A stretch of DNA of 64,000 nucleotides from Tagaea sp. (GCA_965279525.1 CBDIIB010000004.1:160001-224000), one strand, 5' to 3'. Positions 40,231 through 51,725 are shown, numbered from the stretch's first letter. The notes: a model not told the origin generated them from the letters alone. Numbers and translations are program-made.

Positions 40231-41430
40231 TCAGACGAGCTTGAGGAACTCGAGCTTGCCCTTGGCGACTTTCATGTAGCGGAAGCGGCAACCGTTGATG
40301 TCGCCGATATCCGTGAAGTCGCAGGGACCCGAGGCACCTTCGTAGTTGATCTCCTTGCCGGCAGCCAAGGCCTTGAGGCCTTCAATCGCGGTGTAGACCT
40401 TCTCGCCCGAGCCTTGGCAGATCTTTCGGACATTGTCCTTCAACGCAACTCCGGAGACTTCCTTCGCCTTGGCAAATGTAAGAACGGCCATGCTCGCCCA
40501 GTCGGTCGCCTGGGCCTCGTAGCCGTCGATTTCCTTCATGCCCAGTCGCTCGCAAGCGAGCTTGTACGCCGAGCTTTCGATGTCGGCCGACGGCTGACCG
40601 GTCATCACGCCCTCACAAACTTCGGGCGGCATCGTGTTGAGCGTGGCCTGCGGCACGGCGTAGGACTGGCAGAACTTGCCGAGATTGATGTTCGCGCGAT
40701 AGAGGTCGCGCAACACCACGACCGTGTCCGGCGCGTAGCCGTTGAGGTAGAGGAAGTCCGGCTTTTCGCGCATCGCCTGGTCGATTTCCGAGCGATAGGT
40801 CGACTTGTCCTTCTCGTAGATGACATGCGAGACGACCGAGCCACCCTTGGTCTTGAGAAGCGCGTCCAGATACTCCTTGGTCGGCAAGGCGAACGGCGCC
40901 TGGATGCCGATCACGGCCACGCGCTTGTGGCCCATGCTGGCGACGAACTCGCCGTGCGAAGACGCCTGAAGCCGGCTGTTTGGCTGTGTGCGGATCAGGA
41001 AGCCTTGATGCGGCAGGAGCGTGATCGGATCCGCGCCTGAGACAGTCATGATGAAGGTTTTCGATTCCCAGCACACCGGTGCGACAGCCGCCGTGACGGC
41101 CGACGCCCAAGTGCCCATGATGATAGGGACCTTGTTGACTTCGATGAGCTTGCGGGCTGCCCGCACGGCGGCTTCCGGGTTCGTCTGGTCGTCCTCGACG
41201 ACGGCCTCGATCCGCCGTCCGAGTACGCCACCGGCCTTGTTCACCTCGTCAAAGACCACCTGCATGGCCTTCAGCATGCGGGGACCGTCGTTGCCACCTG
41301 CACCCGTAAGCGGAGTGAGGATGCCAACCCGGATCGGCTCGGCCTGGGCGTATGCCCGGATCGGCATGCTCGAGACCGCTGCGGATGCGGCGGCCGTCTT
41401 GAGGATCGTTCTGCGGCTTAAGGCCTTCAT
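40231..41430 (-). CDS. LivJ/K-like ABC substrate-binding protein (Tat signal)
   Basis: LSRRTILK; PLTG, VNKAGGVLGR, INYEGASG; GGAGG RBS. Confidence 0.88.
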   Translation of the reverse strand: MKALSRRTILKTAAASAAVSSMPIRAYAQAEPIRVGILTPLTGAGGNDGPRMLKAMQVVFDEVNKAGGVLGRRIEAVVEDDQTNPEAAVRAARKLIEVNKVPIIMGTWASAVTAAVAPVCWESKTFIMTVSGADPITLLPHQGFLIRTQPNSRLQASSHGEFVASMGHKRVAVIGIQAPFALPTKEYLDALLKTKGGSVVSHVIYEKDKSTYRSEIDQAMREKPDFLYLNGYAPDTVVVLRDLYRANINLGKFCQSYAVPQATLNTMPPEVCEGVMTGQPSADIESSAYKLACERLGMKEIDGYEAQATDWASMAVLTFAKAKEVSGVALKDNVRKICQGSGEKVYTAIEGLKALAAGKEINYEGASGPCDFTDIGDINGCRFRYMKVAKGKLEFLKLV

Positions 41431-41468
41431 TTTTCCCTCCATGCGCTCGATATTGGGTAATCCGCGGC

Positions 41469-42176
41469 TTACCCGCCGAGGAAGATGCGTTGGATTTCCG
41501 GGTTGGCGGCCAGTGCTGCCGCATCACCCGTCCGGCTGTTTTTTCCGTCGACCAGAATGTACGCCTTGCTCGAAATCGCCAAGGCTTCGCTGGCGTTCTG
41601 CTCCACCATCCCGATCGCGAGACCCTCGCGGTTGATCTCGACGATGGCGTCAAACAGTTTTTCGGCGGCCAAGGGCGAAAGACCGGCGGATGGCTCGTCG
41701 AGCATGAGGACGCTAGGCTCGACCATGAGCGCCATTGCCATCGCGAGGATCTGCCGTTCACCGCCCGAAAGCGTCCGTGCTGCGTGCCGCTGCTTCGAGC
41801 CCAGAACGGGGAAACGCTCCATGACGGTCCCGATCCGCTTCGGGACGGCACCGGGGTCGATGTAGCCGCCCATTTCGAGGTTCTCGCGCACGCTCATGGA
41901 AGCGAAAATGTTGTGCTCCTGCGGAACATAGGCGAGCCCGCTGCGGGCGATGTCGCGCGGCAGCCATCGCGTGATGTCCTTGCCGTCGAGCGTTACCGAA
42001 CCGCTTTTCGGTTTGAGAAGCCCCGCGATCGTCTTGAGCAGCGTGGACTTGCCGGCGCCATTCGGTCCGATGATGCAGACGATCTCGCCCTTGCCGACAG
42101 AAAAATCGACCCCCTTCAGGATCTCGTCCGCCGCACCATAGCCCGCGACAATCCCTCTTGCGGCAAGCTCGGCCAT
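41469..42176 (-). CDS. livF: Branched-chain amino acid ABC ATPase
   Basis: GPNGAGKST, LSGGERQ, DEPSAGL, VEQNA. Confidence 0.88.
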   Translation of the reverse strand: MAELAARGIVAGYGAADEILKGVDFSVGKGEIVCIIGPNGAGKSTLLKTIAGLLKPKSGSVTLDGKDITRWLPRDIARSGLAYVPQEHNIFASMSVRENLEMGGYIDPGAVPKRIGTVMERFPVLGSKQRHAARTLSGGERQILAMAMALMVEPSVLMLDEPSAGLSPLAAEKLFDAIVEINREGLAIGMVEQNASEALAISSKAYILVDGKNSRTGDAAALAANPEIQRIFLGG

Positions 42177-42949
42177 CAGCTCGCGCTACGCCAGCGGCGA
42201 CCCATGTACGCCTGCTGTACCTGGGCATTGTTGGCGACGTCCTCGAAACCGCCCTCCGCAAGGTGGCGGCCTTCAGCCATCACGATCACGTGGTCGCAAA
42301 GGCGCGCAACCATGTCCATGTGGTGTTCGATAAGGAGGATAGGGAGGCCTTCCTGAGCGAGGGACTTGAGATGCTCGCCGATTTCCCGCGCAAGCGTGGG
42401 ATTGACGCCGGCGACCGGCTCGTCGAGGAGGATCATCTTGGGTTCGGCCATCAGCGCGCGGCCGATCTCGAGAAGCTTCTTCTGCCCTCCGGAGAGGTCC
42501 GACGCCGGATTCCGGATGACCCGCATCAGGTTCAGCCGCGTTGCGACGGCAACCGCACGCTCCACGAGCTCGTCTTCCCGCGCGAGACTTGCCCTCGTCC
42601 GCAGCAGTGAATCCCATATACGTTCACCTGGCTGACCGGGACCGTAGAGCATCAGGTTGTCGAGGACCGACAGGCGCTGGAGGCCTCGGGCGATCTGGAA
42701 TGTTCGTACCAATCCGGCAGTGGTGATCTGGTCGGGCCGCATTCCCGCGATCTCGACACCGTTGAAAGCGATGCGGCCTCCGTCGGGTGGGATCACACCG
42801 GATATGCAATTGAAGAGTGTCGTCTTGCCGGCACCGTTGGGACCGATGAGGCCAGTGATGCCGGCGCCGGGGACAGACAGGGACACGCCGTTCAGCGCAT
42901 TGACGCCATAGAAACTGCGCGTGACGCGTTCGATTTCCAGTAACGCCAT
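42176..42949 (-). CDS. livG: Branched-chain amino acid ABC ATPase
   Basis: GPNGAGKTT, RTFQ, DEPVAGVNP, IEHHM, AYMG. Confidence 0.88.
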   Translation of the reverse strand: MALLEIERVTRSFYGVNALNGVSLSVPGAGITGLIGPNGAGKTTLFNCISGVIPPDGGRIAFNGVEIAGMRPDQITTAGLVRTFQIARGLQRLSVLDNLMLYGPGQPGERIWDSLLRTRASLAREDELVERAVAVATRLNLMRVIRNPASDLSGGQKKLLEIGRALMAEPKMILLDEPVAGVNPTLAREIGEHLKSLAQEGLPILLIEHHMDMVARLCDHVIVMAEGRHLAEGGFEDVANNAQVQQAYMGRRWRSAS

Positions 42950-42990
42950 TGCCCGATTGGTTCCGTTAGGTACCGATTTGCGACAAGCAT

Positions 42991-43006
42991 TGCATGGTTC
43001 GGGCCA
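42991..43006 (-). promoter_or_regulatory. Possible sigma-54 promoter for the livG-led operon
   Basis: TGGCCC-GAACC-ATGCA, about 40 bp upstream of livG. Confidence 0.4.
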
Positions 43007-43081
43007 TGGTTCTAGCCCTCGAAGCTCGGTCCGGGCTTGCCGGTTCGACGCAACCGGTACCGGGTGGCCGTCCGATCCCTT

Positions 43082-44080
43082 TCAGCGCCGGGACAGGGCC
43101 TCCGGATTGACGACATGGACAGGCCGCCGTCCGAGCGAGAAGTCGACGATGCTCTGCAGGCCGGTTGCCGCCATGTCGTGGAAGCATTCGTCCGTCCAGC
43201 CCAACGCGTGCGGAGCGAGGATCACGTTGCTCATGCCTTTCAGCGGGTTGTCCGTTGCGGTCGGCTCACGCTCGAATACGTCGAGACCGGCACCGGCGAT
43301 CTGGCCCGCCTGCAAAGCCGCTATCAGAGCCGCTTCGTCGACGACCGGGCCGCGCGCGATGTTGACGAAAAACGCGGTCGGCTTCATCAGTGCGAACTTC
43401 GCCGCATCGAGAAGGTGGCGGGTTTCGTCGGTGAGCAGGCAGCAGCAGACGACGATGTCGCTCTCCTTCATCACGGTTTCGATCGGGGCAAGCGATGCGC
43501 CGAGTGCTGAAACCCGGGCTGCATCGCCATATGGGTCGGCGGCGAGCATCTGCCCGAAAAACGGCCGGGCCAGCCCCATGATCTCCTGCCCGATGCCGCC
43601 AGCACCGATCAGGCCGAGCGTCCGCTTCGTAAGTCCGACACCCATATGGCTCGTGCGCTCGGGCCAACGATCTTCCCGCACCAGCCTGTCCTTTATGAAG
43701 AGGCGCGACGTCAGCGCGAAGATCAGTGTCAGTGCCGCCACTGCCATCGGGCGCCGGATCGCGATCGGCGTGTTGGTAAGGACGACACCGAACTCGACCG
43801 TCGCAGGCACGTCGACGGAATCATATCCGACGCCATGCCGGGCGAGGATTTTCACGCGGCGATCGGCCCGCGCGAGCGATGCCCGCGTGACTTTCGGCGA
43901 GCTGATGTAGACACCGTCATATTGGCTTGCGAGGTCCGGTGTCAGTTCCGCGAACCGCTCGGGGAAATACTCCCACTCGATCGCCGGATTGCCCTTCAGC
44001 ACTTCCAGGGCCTCGTAACCGAAGCTCGGTTCGCCTTTTGCATTGAGGACGTCGCGGGAGATGCCGACCTTGAATTTCAT
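43082..44080 (-). CDS. D-isomer-specific 2-hydroxyacid dehydrogenase
   Basis: RHGVGYD, GLIGAGGIG, NIARGPVVDE, LDVFEREP, LAPH. Confidence 0.9.
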   Translation of the reverse strand: MKFKVGISRDVLNAKGEPSFGYEALEVLKGNPAIEWEYFPERFAELTPDLASQYDGVYISSPKVTRASLARADRRVKILARHGVGYDSVDVPATVEFGVVLTNTPIAIRRPMAVAALTLIFALTSRLFIKDRLVREDRWPERTSHMGVGLTKRTLGLIGAGGIGQEIMGLARPFFGQMLAADPYGDAARVSALGASLAPIETVMKESDIVVCCCLLTDETRHLLDAAKFALMKPTAFFVNIARGPVVDEAALIAALQAGQIAGAGLDVFEREPTATDNPLKGMSNVILAPHALGWTDECFHDMAATGLQSIVDFSLGRRPVHVVNPEALSRR

Positions 44081-44200
44081 GGCTTCGCTCGAAGGGCACG
44101 GAGGGAACAGGTTACACCGTGCATGATAGCCGGATCTTTGCGGGCCGCCAGTGTGCTGAAGCCGGTTGAGCGGACAATTGGGTGATGCGAGACTGACGTC

Positions 44201-44509
44201 ATGGAATTCGAGGCATTCAGGAAGTCGCTTTCAGAAGCCGCACCGCCCGCCGGTTTGCCGCGACCACTGGAGGCGATCTGGCTGGCTTCCAAGGGCGATT
44301 GGAAAGCCGCCCATGAGCTCGTGCAGATGGACGAAGGGGAGGCGCGCCATGATTGGGTCCACGCCTGCCTCCATCGGATCGAAGGCGACGCGAGCAACGC
44401 GGGCTATTGGTACCGCAGAGCCAAACAGCCGCCGGCGACCGGCCCTTTCGACGTCGAACTGATGGCCATTGCCAGGACGCTGCTGGCGGCTTCCCACGGA
44501 CGAGATTGA
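44201..44509 (+). CDS. Conserved small helical hypothetical protein
   Basis: GDWKAAHELVQ...WVHACLHRIEGDASNAGYWYRRA. Confidence 0.75.
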   Translation: MEFEAFRKSLSEAAPPAGLPRPLEAIWLASKGDWKAAHELVQMDEGEARHDWVHACLHRIEGDASNAGYWYRRAKQPPATGPFDVELMAIARTLLAASHGRD

Positions 44510-44513
44510 CGAT

Positions 44514-45125
44514 ATGGAAAACGCACATCGTTCGCAGCTGCTCCAGGCCGAATGGGCCTATGTCGAGAAGCAGTCCCTCGACGAGTTCGGGGCGATCGAA
44601 TGGAACCTGCTGAAGGCGCAAAGGGCGCCTTACATGGCCCAGCAGCAGGCCAGCCAGGCGCTGCGATTCCTCGTCGCGTCGAAGGACGACCCGACATTCG
44701 GCTATCAGGTGAACAACTATCGGCACAGCATCCAGTCGGCGAGCCTGGCGCTTGCCGACGGACGGCCGGAAGACTATGTCGTCGCGGCGCTTCTGCACGA
44801 CATCGGCTTCATTGCCTGCCAGCCGACACATGGCGCTTTTTCTGCGCGACTTCTGGCACCTTTTGTCGGCGACGACATCGTCTGGATGCTCGAGCGGCAC
44901 ATGTACTTCCAGGCGATCCACTATCACGAGCATCCCGATGCGGATCGGTTCGCCCGCGAGAAGTGGCGGGGCCATCCGAACTTCGTCATGACCGCAGAGT
45001 TCGTCGCGAAGTACGACCAGAACACGATCGATCCCGCGATACGGGAAGTGCCTATCGAGGTATTCGAGCCGATGGTCCGTCGGGTATTCGCGCGCCCGCC
45101 GCGTGCGATGGCGCTTCCCGACTAG
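44514..45125 (+). CDS. HD-domain metalloprotein (PhnZ/TmpB-like)
   Basis: HSIQSA, AALLHDIG, THG, RHMYFQ, KYDQ, FEPM. Confidence 0.8.
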   Translation: MENAHRSQLLQAEWAYVEKQSLDEFGAIEWNLLKAQRAPYMAQQQASQALRFLVASKDDPTFGYQVNNYRHSIQSASLALADGRPEDYVVAALLHDIGFIACQPTHGAFSARLLAPFVGDDIVWMLERHMYFQAIHYHEHPDADRFAREKWRGHPNFVMTAEFVAKYDQNTIDPAIREVPIEVFEPMVRRVFARPPRAMALPD

Positions 45126-45290
45126 ATGGCTGTCCCGGAACCGAGACAACCGGGACAATTGAACGATACTCGCCCCTTGAAGCCTTTGGCACTCGACGCA
45201 TAGCATATGGACTGCAGCCGGGCGTCGCCCGGGAATCTTCAGCATTTCCGCTCGCAACCAAGTCTTGCAATCCGGCCGGAGGTCAGCCCA

Positions 45291-46889
45291 GTGATTAAAC
45301 GCCGAACCTTGCTTTCCGCCGGTGCCGCGGTTGCGGCCGCGACGACATTCGGGCACCGGTCGTTTGCCCAATCGCCGCGCCGCGGCGGCCGGCTGATCGT
45401 GGCTGCGGACTCCGAGCCGCGAAACCTCAATCCCGCGATGATCGCCTCGAACGGCGTCTTCCATGTTTCCTCGAAGATCGTGGAGCCGCTGGCCGAGGCC
45501 GCCTACGGCACACCGGATGGTCTGGCGCCACGTCTCGCCACGAGCTGGGCGGGTTCCAGCGACGGGCGTTCGATCACCTTCCGCCTGCGGGCCGGCGTGA
45601 CGTGGCACGACGGCCAGCCGTTCACCTCGGCCGACGTCGCATTCTCGGCCATGGAAGTTTGGAAGAAGGTCCAGAGCTTCGGGCGGATCGTGTTCAAGGA
45701 TCTTGCCGCAGTCGAGACGCCGGATGCCCTGACCGCGATATTTCGCTTTTCCGAGCCGACCCCGTTCCAGCTGATCCGCAATGCCCTTCCGGCGTTGACT
45801 GCGGTCGTCCCGAAGCACCTCTACGAAGGAACCGACATATCGGCGAACAAGGCGAACGCGGCACCCGTCGGCACCGGCCCCTTCCGCTTTGCCGAAACGA
45901 AACCAGGCGAGTACACGCGTCTCACGCGCAACCCGGCCTATTGGGCGGCGGGACAACCTTACCTCGACGAGATCGTGTACCGGGTTCTCCCGGATCGTGC
46001 CGCGGCAGCCGGTGCGCTGGAAGCGGGGGAGATCCATCTGGCTGCGTTCTCCCAGGTCCCGCTGGCGGATCTTGCACGCGTCGGCAACCTGCGTGGCCTC
46101 TCCGTCGTGACGAAAGGCTATGAGGCGCTGACGTATCAGCTGATCGTCGAGATGAACCACCGGCGCACCGAACTCGCCGACGTGCGTGTCCGCCGTGCGA
46201 TCGCGCACGCGATCGACAGGGACTTCGTCGTCAAGACGGTATTTCTCGGATTTGCGACGGCCTCGGACGGCCCGGTTCCGAAGTACGACGGGCAGTTCCA
46301 TGCCGCCGGGCTCGCCATGCCCGGCTTCGACGTCGCGCGGGCGAACGCACTGCTCGACGAGGCGGGCCATCGGCGCGATGCGCGAGGCGTCCGCTTCAAG
46401 CTGCGGCTGCTGCCGGCCCCGTTCTTCAATGAAACGCGCCAGTTCGGTGCCTATCTGCGCCAGGCGCTTGCCGCCATCGGCATCGACGCGGAACTCGTCA
46501 ACAACGATACGGCGGCACATCTGAAGGCCGTCTATACGGACCATGCATTCGATATCGCCGTAAACCCGCCGGTCTATCGCGGCGATCCGGCGATCTCGAC
46601 GACGATCCTTGCGCAGGGCGGGCTGCCGGCCGGCGTTCCGTTCGCCAACCAGGGCGGTTATCGCGATGCGCAGATGGATGCGTTGATCGCCCGCGCGGCC
46701 GGTACGCTCGACGAGGCCCAACGCACGGGCCTCTACCACGAGTTCCAGCGCAAGGTTGTTGCCGATCTTCCGTTCATCAATGTGGCGGAGTGGGGCTTCA
46801 CTTCGGTCGCGAGCGCGAAGGTCCGGAACGTCGATTCAAATCCCCGCTGGGCGGTATCGAACTGGGCGGACGTCTGGCTCGACGCCTGA
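45291..46889 (+). CDS. Family 5 ABC substrate-binding protein (Tat signal)
   Basis: KRRTLL; WHDGQPFTSADV, GTGPF, RNPAYW; GGAGG before GTG. Confidence 0.9.
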   Translation: MIKRRTLLSAGAAVAAATTFGHRSFAQSPRRGGRLIVAADSEPRNLNPAMIASNGVFHVSSKIVEPLAEAAYGTPDGLAPRLATSWAGSSDGRSITFRLRAGVTWHDGQPFTSADVAFSAMEVWKKVQSFGRIVFKDLAAVETPDALTAIFRFSEPTPFQLIRNALPALTAVVPKHLYEGTDISANKANAAPVGTGPFRFAETKPGEYTRLTRNPAYWAAGQPYLDEIVYRVLPDRAAAAGALEAGEIHLAAFSQVPLADLARVGNLRGLSVVTKGYEALTYQLIVEMNHRRTELADVRVRRAIAHAIDRDFVVKTVFLGFATASDGPVPKYDGQFHAAGLAMPGFDVARANALLDEAGHRRDARGVRFKLRLLPAPFFNETRQFGAYLRQALAAIGIDAELVNNDTAAHLKAVYTDHAFDIAVNPPVYRGDPAISTTILAQGGLPAGVPFANQGGYRDAQMDALIARAAGTLDEAQRTGLYHEFQRKVVADLPFINVAEWGFTSVASAKVRNVDSNPRWAVSNWADVWLDA

Positions 46890-47875
46890 TGCGTTCGGCA
46901 CGGCTGATCTCCCGCCGCCTGCTCGGGATCGTCCCTGTTCTCGGTATCGTCGTCGTGGGCACGTTTTTCCTGCTCGAGGCGTCACAGGGCGATGCCGTCG
47001 ACGCCTATCTCGTTTCCACCGGTGGCGACCGGGCGTTGGCGGATCAGATGCGCCGCGAGTGGGGTCTCGACAGCGGACCGTGGCAGCGCCTTGTCTTCTA
47101 CGTCAGTTCGCTTCTCCGGCTGGATTTCGGCTGGTCGGTCGCGTTTTCAAGGCCTGTACTCCAGGTCATCCTGGAGCGCCTTCCCAACACGCTACTGTTG
47201 ATGGGGACATCGGTCGCACTTGCCTTCGGCGTCGGCTCGCTCCTCGGCATCGTCGCGGCTGACCGGCCCGGTAGCGCGCTGGACCGGGCGCTTTCCCTCG
47301 GCTCGCTCGCCGTTTACGCGATCCCGGGATTCTGGCTCGGTCTTGTCCTGATCGTCGTGTTCGCCGTCCAGCTGAGGCTGTTGCCGAGCGGCGGGATCGA
47401 GACGATCGCGTCGGGAAAGCAGGGGCTCGATCGTGCCGCAGACATCGCGCGGCATCTGGTGCTTCCGGTCGGTGCACTCGGTGCGCTCTATCTCGCACTT
47501 TATCTGCGGATGATGCGCGCAGGCATGGCGGAAGTCTGGCGGCAGGATTTCATCCGTGCAGCCTTCGCCCGAGGCCTTTCACGCCGTCGCGTCGTCTGGC
47601 GCCATGTCGCGCGCAATGCGCTGCTTCCGCTCGTGACGATGTTGGGGTTGCAGGCGGCATCGCTGCTTGGCGGCAGTGTCGTGATCGAGAGCGTCTTTGC
47701 CGTACCGGGGCTCGGACGGCTCGCCCACGAAGCGGTGGCGCAGCGCGACACACCGTTGCTGCTCGGCGTCATTCTCGTGGGTTCGTTCGTCGTGATCGCG
47801 GTCAATCTCGCCGTGGACCTGCTTTATGCCGCACTTGACCCGCGCGTCGGCGCCGGGCCGGAGACAGGTGCATGA
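46889..47875 (+). CDS. DppB-like permease
   Basis: ERLPNT, FARGLS, RNALLP, LDPRV. Confidence 0.9.
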   Translation: MRSARLISRRLLGIVPVLGIVVVGTFFLLEASQGDAVDAYLVSTGGDRALADQMRREWGLDSGPWQRLVFYVSSLLRLDFGWSVAFSRPVLQVILERLPNTLLLMGTSVALAFGVGSLLGIVAADRPGSALDRALSLGSLAVYAIPGFWLGLVLIVVFAVQLRLLPSGGIETIASGKQGLDRAADIARHLVLPVGALGALYLALYLRMMRAGMAEVWRQDFIRAAFARGLSRRRVVWRHVARNALLPLVTMLGLQAASLLGGSVVIESVFAVPGLGRLAHEAVAQRDTPLLLGVILVGSFVVIAVNLAVDLLYAALDPRVGAGPETGA

Positions 47876-48702
47876 CTGCCTTTCGCCGCTTCGCTGCCTC
47901 GATCGATGGAATGGTCGGCGCCGGCCTGATCGTCGTGCTTGCCGCAGTCGCGGTTTTGGCGCCGGTCTTCTACCCGGGCGATCCGCTGTCAATCGTTGGC
48001 GGTCCGATGACGCGGCCGTTTGTCGAATGGGCGACACCGCTCGGGACCGACCGCCTAGGGCGCGATCTCCTTGCGGGTCTGCTGCATGGCACGCGCACGT
48101 CGATGATCGTCGGACTGTTCGCGGCACTCGCGGCCATATCCATCGGTGCCGCGATCGGCGTCGTCGCCGGACTTGCCGGCGGATGGACCGACGAAGTCCT
48201 GATGCGGATCACCGAGGCCTTCCAGACGGTGCCGGGATTCCTGCTGGCACTTGCATTCATCAGCGTCGTCGGCCCGTCGCTCTGGATGGTCGTGCTGGCG
48301 ATCGCGCTCGGCGCATGGACGGGACCGGCGCGTCTGGTGCGCGCCGAAGTGCTGTCGATCCGCGAACGGGATTTCGTCGCGGCCGCGCGGGTCGTCGGCA
48401 TGCACCCGTTCGAGATCGCATGGCGGGAAGTGCTGCCGCACGCGTTGCCGCCGGTCATCTCGCTCGCGTCCGTGATCGTCGCGGGCGCGATCCTGACCGA
48501 GGCGGCCCTGTCGTTTCTCGGCCTCGGCGATCCCAACAGCGTCACCTGGGGCGGGTTGATCGCGGAAGGGCGATCCGTGCTGCGAAGTGCCCCCTATCTT
48601 TCGATCGTGCCGGGCATCGCACTTCTGACGACGGTGCTTTCCGTGCACCTCGCAGGGGAAGGGATCGTCGCGGCCCTTTCCGGCCGCCGGATCGTCGCAT
48701 GA
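47872..48702 (+). CDS. DppC-like permease
   Basis: LGTDRLGRD, LSFLGLGDP. Confidence 0.9.
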   Translation: MTAFRRFAASIDGMVGAGLIVVLAAVAVLAPVFYPGDPLSIVGGPMTRPFVEWATPLGTDRLGRDLLAGLLHGTRTSMIVGLFAALAAISIGAAIGVVAGLAGGWTDEVLMRITEAFQTVPGFLLALAFISVVGPSLWMVVLAIALGAWTGPARLVRAEVLSIRERDFVAAARVVGMHPFEIAWREVLPHALPPVISLASVIVAGAILTEAALSFLGLGDPNSVTWGGLIAEGRSVLRSAPYLSIVPGIALLTTVLSVHLAGEGIVAALSGRRIVA

Positions 48703-49642
48703 CTGCAGAAGTCCTCGTCCGACTCTCGGATTTCGGCGTCCGATATGCGCCCGGATCAGCATCGGCGATTTCAGGCGTCTCGCTTGCGCTTGCCAAGGGC
48801 GACCGTCTGGCGGTGATCGGCGAAAGCGGGTCGGGCAAGACGACGATGGCTTTGGCGATCGCCGACCTCCTTCCTTCGGGGGCGGTCACGGCGGGGCAGA
48901 TCGATTGGCCGACGTTCGGCGGTCGTCCCCGGCACGGCCGCGACATCGGATACGTGTTCCAGGATCCGTCCGGCAGCCTCGATCCGGTGATGCGGATCGG
49001 CAGGCAGATCGCCGAAGTCGTCGGGGCACACGAAACGATCGATCTCGACGCTGCCCGGAACCGGACGGTCGAGCTTCTGCGGCAAGTCGAACTGCCGGAT
49101 CCCGCCCAGATCGCCGAGGCTTTTCCCCACCAGCTTTCGGGCGGTCAGCGGCAGCGTGTGGCACTGGCGCTGGCGCTGGCCGCCCGCCCGTCCATTCTTG
49201 TCGCCGACGAGGCGACCAGCGCGCTGGACCCTGTTGTCCAACGCAAGCTCGTCGAACTTGTCGCAAGGCTGTGCAGCGAGCACGGATTGACCCTCGTTTT
49301 CGTCACGCACGACATCGCACTCGCGGCCGGGCTCGGGACGCGGCTTGCCGTCGTATACTCGGCACGAATCGTCGAACTCGGTCCGGCCGACCTCACGCTC
49401 TCCGACCCGGGCCATCCGTATACGAAGGCGCTGATCGCGAGCCATCTGGGACTGGACCGGCCGAGGTCCGGCCGGCTGTTCACGATCGACGGCCAGCCGC
49501 CGGACCCGACCCACGTGCTGCCGGGCTGCCGGTTCGCGCCGAGGTGCCGGAAGGCAGCACCGGCGTGCGTGCGGTCCGAGCCGCCGTGGATGGGGAAGGC
49601 CGACGACGGTGCGGCCTGCATCTTCCCGATCGGGCGCCACGC

Positions 49643-49646
<4 letters not shown>
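48699..49646 (+). CDS. DppD-like ATPase
   Basis: GESGSGKT, LSGGQRQR, HPYT, GCRFAPRC. Confidence 0.9.
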
Positions 49647-50443
<797 letters not shown>

Positions 50444-51235
50444 GCGCCGAACTCGGCGATGAAGTCGCATGACACGCACGCGTGCACGCGGCCCTGGCGG
50501 TTGTCGAACGTCGCCTTCGGCGCCACCGGAAAGACCGGCTGGTGCCAGACGCCGGGATCGACATGGACGCCGCAGCTGCCGTCGAAATGGAAGGCGACGA
50601 AGTGCTCGGCCTTGACGTCGTCGCCGGGTTTCGCGAGCAATGCGACGAACGAAGCGCCGCCGCGCGGCATGAAGATCTGCCCGCCATCGGGATGATAGTT
50701 GGCCTCGTGCGTGAAGATGCGCGTGGCATCGACCGGTGCCACATCTTCGCGGGCGGCCGCCGGATCGTCGAACCAGCCCGTGATGTAGCCGCGCCCGACG
50801 GCGTGGTTGACGGCATGCAGGACCTGCCCGCGGCGGACCATCTCGAACGTATCCTCGACGACGCCACCCTCGTTGCCCGTCCCGTCGACGATCGGGCGCC
50901 AGCCCGGCTGCGGCCAGGTGACGATCGTGACCTTCGCGTGCGCGAAGTCGCGGACGAGATGGCCGTACCCCTTCAGGCTTTCGGCGGTCGCCTTGACCAG
51001 AGGTGCGTCGACCACGCGGGCTTCACCGCGCGCGATGGAGGGCATCGCGTCGAGGTCGATGCCCGTGAAATTGGAAAAGGCGACTTCGCCCGGCATGCTG
51101 CACCCCGTGTCGTGAAGGACAATACTGTCGCAATCGGGAGTTCGAGGCAACTGACGCGGGCTTGCAAAGCTTGATAGAATGGCCACATTGGACGACATGG
51201 TCCCGGAAGGAAGCCCGAGAATGGAGAACGGACAG

Positions 51236-51697
51236 ATGCAGCGTCGCCACGTCCTGCGCACGGGCGGCGGACTGTGCCTGCTGGCGGCACTTTCGGCGGC
51301 GGGGTTCCTCGTGCCGAAGGCGGCGCTTGCCGCGTGGAACAAGACGGCTTTCGAGGGAAAGACTATTGCCGATGCGATGAAGGCGCTGGGGGCAAACGCC
51401 CCGGCCACGAGCGGCGACATCCAGATCGTCGTGGCAGACATCGCCGACAACGGTGCCGTGGTCCCGGTCCAGGTCGTCAGCCGGATCGCGAACACGCAGC
51501 AGATCGCGATCATGGTCGAGAAGAACCCGAACGTGCTGGCGGCGGTTTTCGATGTCGGACCCGATCTCGTGCCGGATTTCTCGACGCGCATCAAGATGGC
51601 CGAGACGGCGAACGTCGTCGTGCTCGTGAAATCGGCGGGCGGTTTTGCGATGGCATCCAAGGAAGTGAAGGTGACCATCGGCGGCTGCGGCGGCTGA
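51236..51697 (+). CDS. soxY: Thiosulfate oxidation carrier SoxY
   Basis: RR leader, IADNGAVVPV, VEKNP, TRIKM, C-terminal VKVTIGGCGG. Confidence 0.95.
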   Translation: MQRRHVLRTGGGLCLLAALSAAGFLVPKAALAAWNKTAFEGKTIADAMKALGANAPATSGDIQIVVADIADNGAVVPVQVVSRIANTQQIAIMVEKNPNVLAAVFDVGPDLVPDFSTRIKMAETANVVVLVKSAGGFAMASKEVKVTIGGCGG

Positions 51698-51725
51698 CGG
51701 TCAATCCGGGATTCGAGAGGACGTG

